From assembly GCA_963765125.1 (NCBI GenBank), contig CAVXUZ010000004.1, forward strand, positions 192,792 through 256,791: a DNA stretch of 64,000 bases, written 5' to 3'. The DNA is from an uncultured candidate division WWE3 bacterium (GTDB lineage: Bacteria > Patescibacteriota > WWE3 > UBA101185 > UBA10185). Positions 19,909-29,491 of the stretch are shown piece by piece. The number at the start of each line of letters is the position of its first letter. Within the stretch, counting starts at the first letter, position 1. The translations under genes and the position numbers were made by a program. The notes below the pieces were generated by a model. That model did not search any database. It was not told the origin of the DNA and was given only the letters and a program-made list of their open reading frames with translations.

Positions 19909-20130
19909 ATGGATTTCAAACCGGGAATTTATCAACACTTTAAAGGCAACAAGTACTTAGCAATCGGTGTAGCAAAGCACAGTGAAACTTTAGAGGAGTT
20001 TGTTTGCTATATATCTCTTTACGATAATAATGAAAGTAAAATTTGGGTAAGGCCGCTTTCGATGTTTATGGAAGAGGTTGACATCGGGGGTGTTAAAAAA
20101 CCTAGATTTACGTTTATAAGTAATTATTAA
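19909..20130 (+). CDS. DUF1653 family protein
   Basis: GIYQHFKGNKY...HSET...WVRPLSMF...RF. Confidence 0.9.
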   Translation: MDFKPGIYQHFKGNKYLAIGVAKHSETLEEFVCYISLYDNNESKIWVRPLSMFMEEVDIGGVKKPRFTFISNY

Positions 20131-20213
20131 ATTATTTTCAGAATATAAAAAAACCACCTTGGGGATGTGTTATAACACTTCCTTACGGTAACTGTTGGGC
20201 GAGTTAACTCCGA

Positions 20214-20456
20214 TTAGCATACATTCACAGGGATCGACATGTAAGCGTCTATATTTTGTAAGGACACAGCATATTCCGAAGGGAATTTTTCGATCTTATT
20301 TGGAATCACTCCCCAGCCTTCAGGTAATTCAAACTTCGAATCGGACGGAAGGGAAAAATTTGCCACGTACCTCTCTTTGTAGTTAATTAGGTAGAACTCG
20401 CGTACCTCAGCGCTACCCTTTGTTATCACCGTAACATCTACAGGTTTAATATACAT
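20214..20456 (-). CDS. Hypothetical protein
   Basis: AAGGAG RBS upstream of MYIKPVD; hairpin followed by a T-run downstream. Confidence 0.5.
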   Translation of the reverse strand: MYIKPVDVTVITKGSAEVREFYLINYKERYVANFSLPSDSKFELPEGWGVIPNKIEKFPSEYAVSLQNIDAYMSIPVNVC

Positions 20457-20495
20457 TGTAATGACCTCTCCTTTTTTAGTTTTTGTTGTGATAAG

Positions 20496-20846
20496 GTGCT
20501 TATCGGTAAGAAAGTGGTTGATAAAAATCATTTTCTTAGTGGCGGTTGGCATATACCGGGCGGGCACCTGAACGAACACGAGGGCGAAGAGCAGGCTTTG
20601 CTAAGAGAGTTTAAAGAGGAAACAAACCTTAATATTATAATTGTTAAAAAGCTCTGTAGTCATTGTGTTAAGGACATCAATACGTTTGTTAGTTACTTCG
20701 TTTGCTCTGCTAATTCTTTAAATGCAGTTCCGGGAGATGATCTAGAAGAGATTAGTTTTGTTGAAAAGAACAAAGTTGTTGAGCTTTGTGATGAGCGGGT
20801 TACAAGCTTGTGGCCTAAAAAACTAATTGATTTTCTATCGTCGTAA
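20496..20846 (+). CDS. NUDIX hydrolase (N-terminus possibly truncated)
   Basis: WHIPGG...EQALLREFKEETNL Nudix box. Confidence 0.8.
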   Translation: MLIGKKVVDKNHFLSGGWHIPGGHLNEHEGEEQALLREFKEETNLNIIIVKKLCSHCVKDINTFVSYFVCSANSLNAVPGDDLEEISFVEKNKVVELCDERVTSLWPKKLIDFLSS

Positions 20847-20927
20847 CCATACCTGATACTGAGGTATTCACAGACTTTACATATTAAAAAAGACTCCCTT
20901 AGTTTTTATACTTTGGGAGTCGGTAGG

Positions 20928-21152
20928 CTACTTAAGTTCGATGATTTCTACTATACAATTGCGTTTCGGATTTTTTATATTAACAATCGCTAAACGATAA
21001 CTTGAATTGCAGCGTGTTTTCTCCAAAGTGTGCCAAAGAACGCTTATTGCCAGGTGTATTACTTTTTCTGGACTCTTTTGTAACCACGTTCCGATGTTTT
21101 CTATCTTTTGCCAAATATCACTGCCAAAGGTTACGTTAAGTTTCTTTGTCAT
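20928..21152 (-). CDS. Small ribbon-helix-helix-like protein
   Basis: AAGGAG RBS; MTKKLNVTF...IENIG...SPEKVIHLAIS pattern. Confidence 0.45.
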   Translation of the reverse strand: MTKKLNVTFGSDIWQKIENIGTWLQKSPEKVIHLAISVLWHTLEKTRCNSSYRLAIVNIKNPKRNCIVEIIELK

Positions 21153-21299
21153 CGTACTCTCCTTGTTTTGTGGTTTGTATAGCAGGTTTTTTGACATTAT
21201 AGCACAAGATTTTTCAGCGCAATCACCAAACCATCTATTATTGACTTGTTAAAACACATCAATTTCCAACGAAAACAAAATGAGCTATACTAACTTAGT

Positions 21300-21890
21300 A
21301 TGAAAGTAACTGATGTAACTGATTTTGTAGGCATTACACACACACGAAAAGACATGCCCGTTGAGGCAGAAAAAAGTTCTTTTGACAGAGAAAATCTCGG
21401 CCCTAAAAAAACTTTAATGTCGTGGGTGGCTGTACCTAACATTGGAGCAAACAATTTAGACCCAAGATATAAAAGAGCAGTCTACGCGGCAGGTTTTATT
21501 ACAATTCTGATTCTTGTGATGATGCAAGAATTTTGGTTGATCTTTGTTATCGCAAGTCTTGTTTTTATTGTGCAGGTGATGGGCAAGATGAAGAACAAGG
21601 AGGAGAAGTATGAGATTACAACGCATGGGTTACACATCGAGACAGACTTTTATTACTGGGATGAGCTTATAGACTTCTTTTTTACAAAAAAGTTTGGAAA
21701 TGATCTTTTAGCTGTAGATATGAAAAAAGGACTTACGACTAGATTGTTTTTGGGTTATCAAGCAGAGGACAGGAATAAACTTATTGAAATACTGAACAAG
21801 CACATTAGGTATTTAGAAAAGGAACCAGACAATTTTGTTGACGCTACTTACTCTAAAGTTTTAGACAAGTTTGATTTTAAACAAAAATAG
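21300..21890 (+). CDS. Conserved CPR membrane protein (two TMs plus PH-like domain)
   Basis: YEITTHGLHIETDFYYWDELIDF; TATACT just upstream of the ATG. Confidence 0.65.
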   Translation: MKVTDVTDFVGITHTRKDMPVEAEKSSFDRENLGPKKTLMSWVAVPNIGANNLDPRYKRAVYAAGFITILILVMMQEFWLIFVIASLVFIVQVMGKMKNKEEKYEITTHGLHIETDFYYWDELIDFFFTKKFGNDLLAVDMKKGLTTRLFLGYQAEDRNKLIEILNKHIRYLEKEPDNFVDATYSKVLDKFDFKQK

Positions 21891-21933
21891 TAGTATTTTC
21901 CCTTCACAACAAGTATTTGTCTGTTTCAACTAT

Positions 21934-22010
21934 GCACCCGTAGTTCAGTTGGATAGAACGCAGCGTTGCGGACGCTGAGGTCGGGGGTTCAAGTCCCTCC
22001 GGGTGCGCCA
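21934..22010 (+). tRNA. tRNA-Arg(GCG)
   Basis: Acceptor GCACCCG/CGGGTGC-G-CCA; anticodon arm CAGCG-TTGCGGA-CGCTG. Confidence 0.93.
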
Positions 22011-22156
22011 GGAAATTGTGTATGTGCCAAAGGCACATAAGCAGTTTCCTTGTGAGTCGTAAGGACTTGAATGGCGCAGGCGCGGCGGCGCCGAGTCGGG
22101 GTCGACAGGCGCATCAGCAGATGCGAACTGGTGACCAAGTCCCTCCGGGTGCGCCA
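22011..22156 (+). repeat. tDNA-linked structured element (tRNA-Arg copy)
   Basis: Hairpin; GGACTTGAA (22063-22071, reverse complement of this tRNA's T-loop); GC core; duplicate CAAGTCCCTCCGGGTGCGCCA at 22136-22156. Confidence 0.85.
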
Positions 22157-22220
22157 AAAAAATGCCGCAGGATTTAGGATATAATTCCCATTTCCCACGG
22201 CGATAAAACATTTACAGATC

Positions 22221-22590
22221 TTACAAATCTAACGCTTCTTTGATCACGCTGCACATTACCTCATCCGCAGATTCTTTTACGATGAAGAATTTGGCGCCGA
22301 CGTCTTTGAATTCTTTTTCCAAGCTGGGGCTCATCGCGTGGCCAATAAAAACTGTTTCTGGACTACGATAAATCCCATAATCGACGCACTCCAGCCCACC
22401 AAGTTCGTTAGAAACCGTGTCGTCTACGAGCGCCCCATCAAAGTTTCTTCCATTCTTCCATCTCGGCGATGAGATCTCTGCCATTGGTAAAAACGATTAC
22501 CTCGAGATTTGGAAACGATTCTTCAAAAAGCCTTTTTAAACTGTTTCCTGTTAACTCCCAATTATCCACGACCGCTAGAGTCTTTTTCAT
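22221..22590 (-). pseudogene. Single-domain response-regulator receiver-like protein, frameshifted
   Basis: AAGGAG RBS, MKKTLAVVDN... then a frameshift into FDGALVDD...GAKFFIVK. Confidence 0.5.
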
Positions 22591-22718
22591 ACTCATTCTC
22601 CTTATTATCTATAGGTTAGATAGGATTTTACACCTTGCTTGCAAATGTTTCAAATCACCAACCCAATGCTATTTTATTCTGCCCTGTTATTGTTAGAATA
22701 TATTAAGTAACCTGCCCT

Positions 22719-24422
22719 ATGGATATTTTTACTCAACTTAGTTTAATAATTGTTGTAGTTGCAATCATTGCTGGAGTCACAAGGCTATTAAAACAACCGC
22801 TCGTAATCGGCTATATTTTAACTGGCCTAATTCTCGGGCCTCTTGGGTTCGGGTATGTAAATGTTGAGCAGTCAGACACGCTTTCAGTATTTTCAGAGAT
22901 GGGCATCGCAATTTTACTTTTTATTGTTGGTTTGCATCTTAGTCCAAAGGAAGCAAAGGCAGTAGGTAAGTCAGCATTGCTCATAGGAATTTTTCAAGTT
23001 TTTCTAACATTAATTTTTGGTTGGTTTATTTCTAAGTATCTTGGTTTTCATAACATTGCAAGTTTATACATTGGTGTTGGTTTAGCATTCAGCAGCACAA
23101 TTGTTGTTCTTAAATTTCTCTCAGATAAACGCGAACTTGAAACGCTTCACGGTAGAATTTCGGTAGGAATCCTTCTTTTGCAAGATATTATCGCCGCGAT
23201 TGTGTTAATAGGTGCAAACGCTTTTACACAAAATTCTTTTGGGGTGGATGTGTTTCTACTGCTGATGATAAAGGGGTTAGGAATTACACTTGTCTTAGCT
23301 TTATTTGGATATTACATTCTTCCCAAACTAAGTTCCTTTTTTGCAAAATCTCAAGAAATACTTTTTCTATTTGCTATTGCGTGGGGATTTGGTTTGGCAA
23401 CGCTTTTTGATTTCATCGGTTTTTCTATAGAAATCGGCGCCCTTGTTGCAGGAATCGTTTTGTCCATCACCACATATAGCGAAGAAATTAGTTCTCGTTT
23501 AAGACCATTGCGTGATTTTTTTGTGGTGATGTTTTTTGTTATTCTCGGGTCCAGAGTAAGTATTTCAAGTGTCTCGAGTGTTATCGTCCCAACAATTATT
23601 TTATCTGCGTTTGTACTAATCGGAAAACCATTAATAATTATGTCTTTGATGGGAGCTTTTAAGTATAAACGCAAGCCATCATTTTTTACCGCCGCAAGTC
23701 TCTCACAAATCAGTGAGTTTTCTCTAATACTCGCTTTGCTCGGCTATCATCTTGGTCATATAGACTCACACGTTTTTGCTCTTTTAACATTAGTGGGCAT
23801 AGTATCAATCGCGTTTTCAACTTACCTCATGAACTTTATGGAAAAAATATATCCCTATCTATCAAAGTATATGAAGGTGTTCGAAAGACCGGGAGGTTTC
23901 GATGAAATAGATACGCTATCTAGCTACGATGTTATTTTGTTTGGTTGTAATAGGGTTGGGTTTGATTTTATTGAAGCATTCAAAGAACTAGGTACGAAAT
24001 TTTTGGCTGTAGATTACGATCCTGAAATTGTTGCTGAATTATTAACAAAACAGATAAACACTAAATATGGCGATGCAGATGACAGCGAGTTTCTTGAGGA
24101 CATCAGGGCGTCGTCTGCAAAAGCTGTTGTAAGTACAATTCCTGATGCAGAAATAAATATATTTTTAGTAACAAAGTTAAAAGCAGAAAATCCTAACATC
24201 ATTGCAATACTTACTTCTCATAGTGTTGATCACGCAATTGAGCTGTATGAGAGGGGAGCAGATTACGTTATCGTTCCACATTTCATAGGCGGCCAGGTTG
24301 TTTCGTCATTAGCAAAAGACGCAGTAATGGCGCAGCAAGATCTCAGATCAACAAAACAACATCACATTGAATATTTAAAACACAGAAAAGAACTCGGTCA
24401 CGGAAAAAGATTTATCGAGTAA
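22719..24422 (+). CDS. CPA2 cation:proton antiporter with TrkA-N domain (Kef-like)
   Basis: About 13 TMs, FSSTIVVLK, LLQDI, SQISEFS; C-terminal GCNRVG...YGDA. Confidence 0.9.
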   Translation: MDIFTQLSLIIVVVAIIAGVTRLLKQPLVIGYILTGLILGPLGFGYVNVEQSDTLSVFSEMGIAILLFIVGLHLSPKEAKAVGKSALLIGIFQVFLTLIFGWFISKYLGFHNIASLYIGVGLAFSSTIVVLKFLSDKRELETLHGRISVGILLLQDIIAAIVLIGANAFTQNSFGVDVFLLLMIKGLGITLVLALFGYYILPKLSSFFAKSQEILFLFAIAWGFGLATLFDFIGFSIEIGALVAGIVLSITTYSEEISSRLRPLRDFFVVMFFVILGSRVSISSVSSVIVPTIILSAFVLIGKPLIIMSLMGAFKYKRKPSFFTAASLSQISEFSLILALLGYHLGHIDSHVFALLTLVGIVSIAFSTYLMNFMEKIYPYLSKYMKVFERPGGFDEIDTLSSYDVILFGCNRVGFDFIEAFKELGTKFLAVDYDPEIVAELLTKQINTKYGDADDSEFLEDIRASSAKAVVSTIPDAEINIFLVTKLKAENPNIIAILTSHSVDHAIELYERGADYVIVPHFIGGQVVSSLAKDAVMAQQDLRSTKQHHIEYLKHRKELGHGKRFIE

Positions 24423-24611
24423 GATCTACAATATCGGGTTTCGGAAAAGTAAACGCAAAAATCATAAGCACCACCAGAACGAGAATAATAAAAATAATAA
24501 AGTGAGAACTCTTCATACCTAATTATACATGCTAAAATTTTGTTATTGCAAAATATGCTATATTATTGCGGTTAGTTTGAGTTTTTGATTTGGTGATTTA
24601 TTGTCTTGTGG

Positions 24612-24688
24612 GGGCCGTTAGCTCAGTTGGCTAGAGCGCTACATTCGCATTGTAGAGGTCGGGGGTTCGATTCCCCCACGGTCCACCA
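24612..24688 (+). tRNA. tRNA-Ala(CGC)
   Basis: Acceptor GGGCCGT/ACGGTCC with G3:U70; anticodon arm CTACA-TTCGCAT-TGTAG. Confidence 0.93.
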
Positions 24689-24707
24689 GAATGCCTCAAA
24701 ATTGTAC

Positions 24708-24800
24708 GGAGGAGTACCGAAGCGGTCATACCGGGCTGGTCTCGAAAACCAAGCGTGTACGTAAGTGCGCACGTGGGTTCGAATCCCACCTCCTCCGCCA
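24708..24800 (+). tRNA. tRNA-Ser(CGA)
   Basis: Acceptor GGAGGAG/CTCCTCC-G-CCA; loop CT-CGA-AA; long variable arm. Confidence 0.93.
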
Positions 24801-24964
24801 GTGGAAAAGCGAAAAGTGTAGTTTAATACTTTTCGCTTTTTCATTTGTGAAAAGGATGAGAACTCTGCGTTAGCAGGGGACGACAATTGATACTATAGTG
24901 AGCTTGTGAACTATAGAGCAATTGGTAGCGAACAAAGTGAGCGTTCATCCCACCTCCTCCGCCA
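24801..24964 (+). repeat. tDNA-linked element (Ser-CGA copy, divergent core)
   Basis: Hairpin almost identical to 31012-31058; GGATGAGAAC...GTTCATCC bracket; duplicate ATCCCACCTCCTCCGCCA at 24947-24964. Confidence 0.75.
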
Positions 24965-25041
24965 GAAAAGAAGACGTTTGAGACAACGTACTTTATTCTT
25001 TTTAATTGTGAATTATCCACTGACTAAGTTAGTTAATGTCG

Positions 25042-26106
25042 TTAAGCTTTAATGCCGGAGATTTTACGTTGCTTGTCCTGTACACCCGCGCTAGCGTCCT
25101 CAAATGTTTTTTTGCTTCGTGTAATAATATTTTCAACGCCTTCAGCAACAACCGTAATAGCGCGTTTCTGCTGAGTATAGAGATCATGAGCAGCATCTTC
25201 CCTGCCAACATCTATGTAACCGTTGCGCCCTCGCGTCACAAAATATTTTAGGTTAGTTTCTGTTGTTTGCAACTCTTCATGGATTGCCCCAGTATTTTTT
25301 CTTAGTACATCTTCGTGGGTAGCAGAAAACTGTGCTATATCCTTTATGAGCTTAGGTGTATCCGAGTTAGGCTCTTGCGAAATCAGTTTTTGAATAGACA
25401 TTTCAGCAGATGCGCCTGCAGATTTTGCTTCTGTAGCAACAGCACAAAGTTTAGTGGCGGCAATTTCTATTACATCGTCGTCTATGGTGTGTGACAAATC
25501 AATGTGCTCATTTTCATGATTATTTTTAACTTTTTCAGCAACTTTACTTAGAGAAAGCTCGCGAGAGCGGCCCTTTTCAACATATTGGTGGTATATCTCA
25601 ATCTCATTCTGCTGAGATTTTACCCACCCATCTAATGTTTGGACGTGTGTCTTTACATCTTTAAATATATCGTTGGCGTCATTAACCACATCTTCGTGAC
25701 CTCTGGCCATCCTTTTAGTGTCTAATTGTCCACGAAAACCAGCACCCACTCTACTCTGATGGTTATCTGCAACTGTGTTGAAGCTTCTTGCACCCCTTTG
25801 AGTTTCTTCAAATATTCCACGTGTTTTTCGGGAACTTTCTCCTAAGTTTTCTAACATCTTTCCGCCGGAAGTAACAAGGTCTTGTCTTATTTTATTACGT
25901 TGCTCGTTAGCTAGGTATTCGAAGGTTGTTGCACGTATTTCTTTTGGGGCATTTTTCTCAGCATCAACAAGGGTATCTTTTAAATACTCTAAAACAGCGT
26001 CATGAGGATTTTCTGTTTCAGTTAATTTTGTAATTTCAGATGCCAGTTGCCACTCTCCTGCATGCTCAGTTTCTATGTGGTTATTAAAGTTTTCCATATT
26101 CACCAA
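25042..26106 (-). CDS. Hypothetical helical/coiled-coil protein
   Basis: 354-aa ORF, no recognisable motif. Confidence 0.6.
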   Translation of the reverse strand: MVNMENFNNHIETEHAGEWQLASEITKLTETENPHDAVLEYLKDTLVDAEKNAPKEIRATTFEYLANEQRNKIRQDLVTSGGKMLENLGESSRKTRGIFEETQRGARSFNTVADNHQSRVGAGFRGQLDTKRMARGHEDVVNDANDIFKDVKTHVQTLDGWVKSQQNEIEIYHQYVEKGRSRELSLSKVAEKVKNNHENEHIDLSHTIDDDVIEIAATKLCAVATEAKSAGASAEMSIQKLISQEPNSDTPKLIKDIAQFSATHEDVLRKNTGAIHEELQTTETNLKYFVTRGRNGYIDVGREDAAHDLYTQQKRAITVVAEGVENIITRSKKTFEDASAGVQDKQRKISGIKA

Positions 26107-26238
26107 TTATATAACAACCAATCTACGTTAGATACTTATCGAAATAGAGTATGTGTATTGTCTTAGTCTTATTTAATAATTAATGGATAGTTGAAAATAT
26201 ATTTTTCTACAGTACTCTATGTCAATGTCGGCAATAGG

Positions 26239-27126
26239 TTACTCAGACTTAACAAAAGCGTCTAGTTTACTAAAATCGTTAAATCGAGAGGGGTAGTTTT
26301 TCTCAACACTTTTATCTATCGCAATTAGGTAACCACGATAAATATCCATTTCCTTAAGCTCGTCTCCTCCTAAATAATCATGAAATCCCTGTAAACGATT
26401 GGTAATTACTATGTTTTCATTTCCGGTGCACTCACCTTTTGAAATGACTTCGCTTAGTTCATTAGAAGTTTGGTGCATAAAGTCTCTGATTCTATCGGTG
26501 TTCTCTAATTTAATCATCGCTGGGTCCTGACTTATTAAATGTACCAGCTCGTTTTTGATGGTGCTTTGTGCCTCTTCGGTGTTAACGAATCGCCTATTAA
26601 GAAGTTCATTAATAGTTTGTACTTCAGATTCGTCAGTAGTATAGATTTGACTTTTCTCATTTTTTAACAAGTTTATGGGTGATTTTTTTGTTGTAATTTC
26701 TGTCGCGTATTGTTCAGCAGCCGACATCGTACTTTTTTTAATGTATTGATCGGTAAAGTATTGCAAAGTATTAACAGAACCCAAAAAATCAACCAAGGTT
26801 TCATTTTTAATGTTGCCGTTTTCATCAAGCATTGGTTCAAAACCAGCTCCGGTTAACGATTCGGCGCTGTATTCACCTCTTTTAAATGATCTGAGTTCGT
26901 GGTCTAGCACGGCTGATTTGTAAAAAAGATCGACAAAGCTAGCCGCCCCGTCTTTACCTTCACCAACAAAATGATTTTTTATATTTTCAACCAACTCAGG
27001 AGATTTCTGATCCTCGAGCGTTTTAAGTAACTCATCATCTTTAGGACTATTTTCGGCTAATTTACTCTGATTTACAGCCTCGTGTAAGTCGGCAATGTCC
27101 CCATCAAGAGACTCGAATATATTCAT
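26239..27126 (-). CDS. Hypothetical acidic helical protein
   Basis: 295-aa ORF; TATAAT shortly before the ATG. Confidence 0.6.
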   Translation of the reverse strand: MNIFESLDGDIADLHEAVNQSKLAENSPKDDELLKTLEDQKSPELVENIKNHFVGEGKDGAASFVDLFYKSAVLDHELRSFKRGEYSAESLTGAGFEPMLDENGNIKNETLVDFLGSVNTLQYFTDQYIKKSTMSAAEQYATEITTKKSPINLLKNEKSQIYTTDESEVQTINELLNRRFVNTEEAQSTIKNELVHLISQDPAMIKLENTDRIRDFMHQTSNELSEVISKGECTGNENIVITNRLQGFHDYLGGDELKEMDIYRGYLIAIDKSVEKNYPSRFNDFSKLDAFVKSE

Positions 27127-27194
27127 ATACGCGTATTATATATTAAAAAAACTCGCGTTAGTCTGTGTTTTCAGATTTTGCGCGAGTTTAATTC

Positions 27195-27503
27195 TTAAAT
27201 ACAATTTTTTGTTAGTCTATGTTTTATACGAAGAAGCCATGTCATCACAACGTACACCAGTGATAAAACAATAAACGCAACTATGGGATTTACGTATTTG
27301 AATTTTCCATAGTAGACCAGAATTGGCAACGTGGGTGAGACCAGCACAAGATAAATTAAGAAGTTTAAACACTTAAAGTATCTTATGAAGTCTTGAGGTT
27401 GCCCTTTGGTAAATGCTCTTTTCTTCGACTCGTATGCAATCAGCGCGGCTATAAATGCAATCAGCGCCGTGTTGCCACCTATAAGTAAGAGCCAGCCGAT
27501 CAT
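27195..27503 (-). CDS. Hypothetical three-TM protein
   Basis: ATGA coupling to the upstream ORF; hydrophobic. Confidence 0.55.
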   Translation of the reverse strand: MIGWLLLIGGNTALIAFIAALIAYESKKRAFTKGQPQDFIRYFKCLNFLIYLVLVSPTLPILVYYGKFKYVNPIVAFIVLSLVYVVMTWLLRIKHRLTKNCI

Positions 27504-27874
27504 TGCGATTTTCCTGCAGATATTTTAGACAGCAATGACTCTAAAAATAATCTTTGCTTTGTCTCAGTGTCGTTTGGGTAGACGTGAAGTATTTCACCTT
27601 GGTATTTCACCTCAGACTTTGCACCGGTTACGATCGAGACGTTGCCTATGATCATTTCAGGGTTTATGTTTGAGAGAGTTTCGACAACATATTTTGCCGC
27701 GCCGGTGTAATCAAAATCCGATCCGACTACAAGCAAGCCATCTGCATCAAGGCACGTCTTAGCTATATCGGTGCCACTTTTGGTGATATGAACGAGCTCT
27801 ACGTCTTGTCTTAGTTTTGAAAGTGCCTCAATAGTTTTATTGAGGTGCAAAATAACAATTCGTTTCTTTTTCAT
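27500..27874 (-). CDS. Hypothetical protein (alpha/beta, receiver-like pattern)
   Basis: AGGAGG RBS; 124 aa. Confidence 0.55.
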   Translation of the reverse strand: MKKKRIVILHLNKTIEALSKLRQDVELVHITKSGTDIAKTCLDADGLLVVGSDFDYTGAAKYVVETLSNINPEMIIGNVSIVTGAKSEVKYQGEILHVYPNDTETKQRLFLESLLSKISAGKSQ

Positions 27875-27979
27875 TTTCTGCCTCCTGTTTTTAAGTTGCA
27901 GTGATTATACACCGAGAAATAGCCTGTAGCAAATGTGTTCTGCAACAAAACGCACGTAAAAATTGTTATTATAAATACT

Positions 27980-29491
27980 ATGAAAAGTAGGTATTTAAGG
28001 CTATTTATCGGGTTTTTGCTAATTTTGCTCTTTTCTTTGTTTTTTCTGCAAAAAATCAACCTCACAACTGCTGATTTAGGTCGTCATATTACTAATGGGG
28101 AGGTATTTGTTAGGTTTGGTAAGGTAGTTTCGACTAATTATTACTCATACACAGAACCAGACTTTCCCGTTGTGACCCACCATTGGTTAAGTGGCGTTAT
28201 TTTTTATCTCGTAAAGTCTGCCGTTGGATTTAACGGTTTGTCATTATTTTATGGTTTTATATCTGGGCTGACTGTTTTTATCTTTTTTCTCATTTCAAAA
28301 AGAAGATCCAACTTTGTAATTGCATTATTTTTTACACTGTTGTTAATTCCTCTGATGGCAAATAGAAAAGAAATAAGACCAGAAGGATTTAGTTATTTGT
28401 TTTTAGGATTCTACGTATTACTTTACGATTTATATTATTCTAAAAACATTTCATTTAAAGTGTTGCTAATTGCGCTTGTTGTTTCTCAAATACTTTGGGT
28501 AAACCTTCACATATTTTTCATTATGGGAATATTTATTTCAGGTGTGTTTCTTTTTGTGGAAATTCTAAAAGGTAAAAAGAATTCAATAAAAAATCATTTA
28601 ATAATATTACTATCGCTAATTATCGCCAGTTTAGTAAACCCCTATGGATTTGCAGGTTTGATTGAGCCACTAAATATATTTAAAGAATACGAGTACATGA
28701 TTATTGAAAATCAATCCATTTTCTTTATGCAAAAAAGAATTCCACAGTTTATGTATTTTGCTGTAGAGCTTGTATCAGTAATCTTTGTTGGTGTTGCTGC
28801 ACATCTGGCAACTGATAAACGAAGGTTCTCATACCTTGGTTTAATCATCATAAGTTTTGTATTTATGGTTTTATCGTTCAGAGCAATTAGAGGAATACCC
28901 ATGTTTGCCATGTTTTTAGCACCCGTATTGTCATTGTACGTATTTGAAAAATTACCAACCCTAAAAAATAAACTTACGATTCCATTGATGATAGTTTCAG
29001 CTCTCATGCTTATACCAAATTCAACATTTTCTTTTATGAGAACAGGATTTGGAACGGGGATTATTGACGGTGTAAATAGGTCAGCCGACTTTGTCAAAGA
29101 TAACAATATTGTAGGACCTGTGTTTAACAATTACGATATCGGAGGATTCATGATTTATAATTTTTTTGAGAAACTGCCAGTGTTTGTAGATAATAGGCCT
29201 GAAGCATATAGCGCCGAGTTTTTTAAAAATGTTTATGGACCTGCGCAAGCTGATAATAACTATTGGAATGAACTCGACGCAAAATATAATTTTAATTTAA
29301 TTTATTTTTACAGGCACGATGCAACGCAGTATGCTCAACCATTTTTAATAGAAAGAATAAAAGACGATAACTGGATTCCTGTATACGTAGATAATTACGT
29401 GCTGATTTTAATAAAGAATAACGAGGCAAACAGAGAGCTTATTGAAAAATATAAACTTCCAAAAGAAATGTTTGTTATAACTAAAGTATGA
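27980..29491 (+). CDS. Polytopic membrane protein, GT-C glycosyltransferase-like
   Basis: DLGRHITNG...HHWLS...RPE...LWVNLH; C-terminal FNNYDIGG...FVDNRPE. Confidence 0.7.
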   Translation: MKSRYLRLFIGFLLILLFSLFFLQKINLTTADLGRHITNGEVFVRFGKVVSTNYYSYTEPDFPVVTHHWLSGVIFYLVKSAVGFNGLSLFYGFISGLTVFIFFLISKRRSNFVIALFFTLLLIPLMANRKEIRPEGFSYLFLGFYVLLYDLYYSKNISFKVLLIALVVSQILWVNLHIFFIMGIFISGVFLFVEILKGKKNSIKNHLIILLSLIIASLVNPYGFAGLIEPLNIFKEYEYMIIENQSIFFMQKRIPQFMYFAVELVSVIFVGVAAHLATDKRRFSYLGLIIISFVFMVLSFRAIRGIPMFAMFLAPVLSLYVFEKLPTLKNKLTIPLMIVSALMLIPNSTFSFMRTGFGTGIIDGVNRSADFVKDNNIVGPVFNNYDIGGFMIYNFFEKLPVFVDNRPEAYSAEFFKNVYGPAQADNNYWNELDAKYNFNLIYFYRHDATQYAQPFLIERIKDDNWIPVYVDNYVLILIKNNEANRELIEKYKLPKEMFVITKV

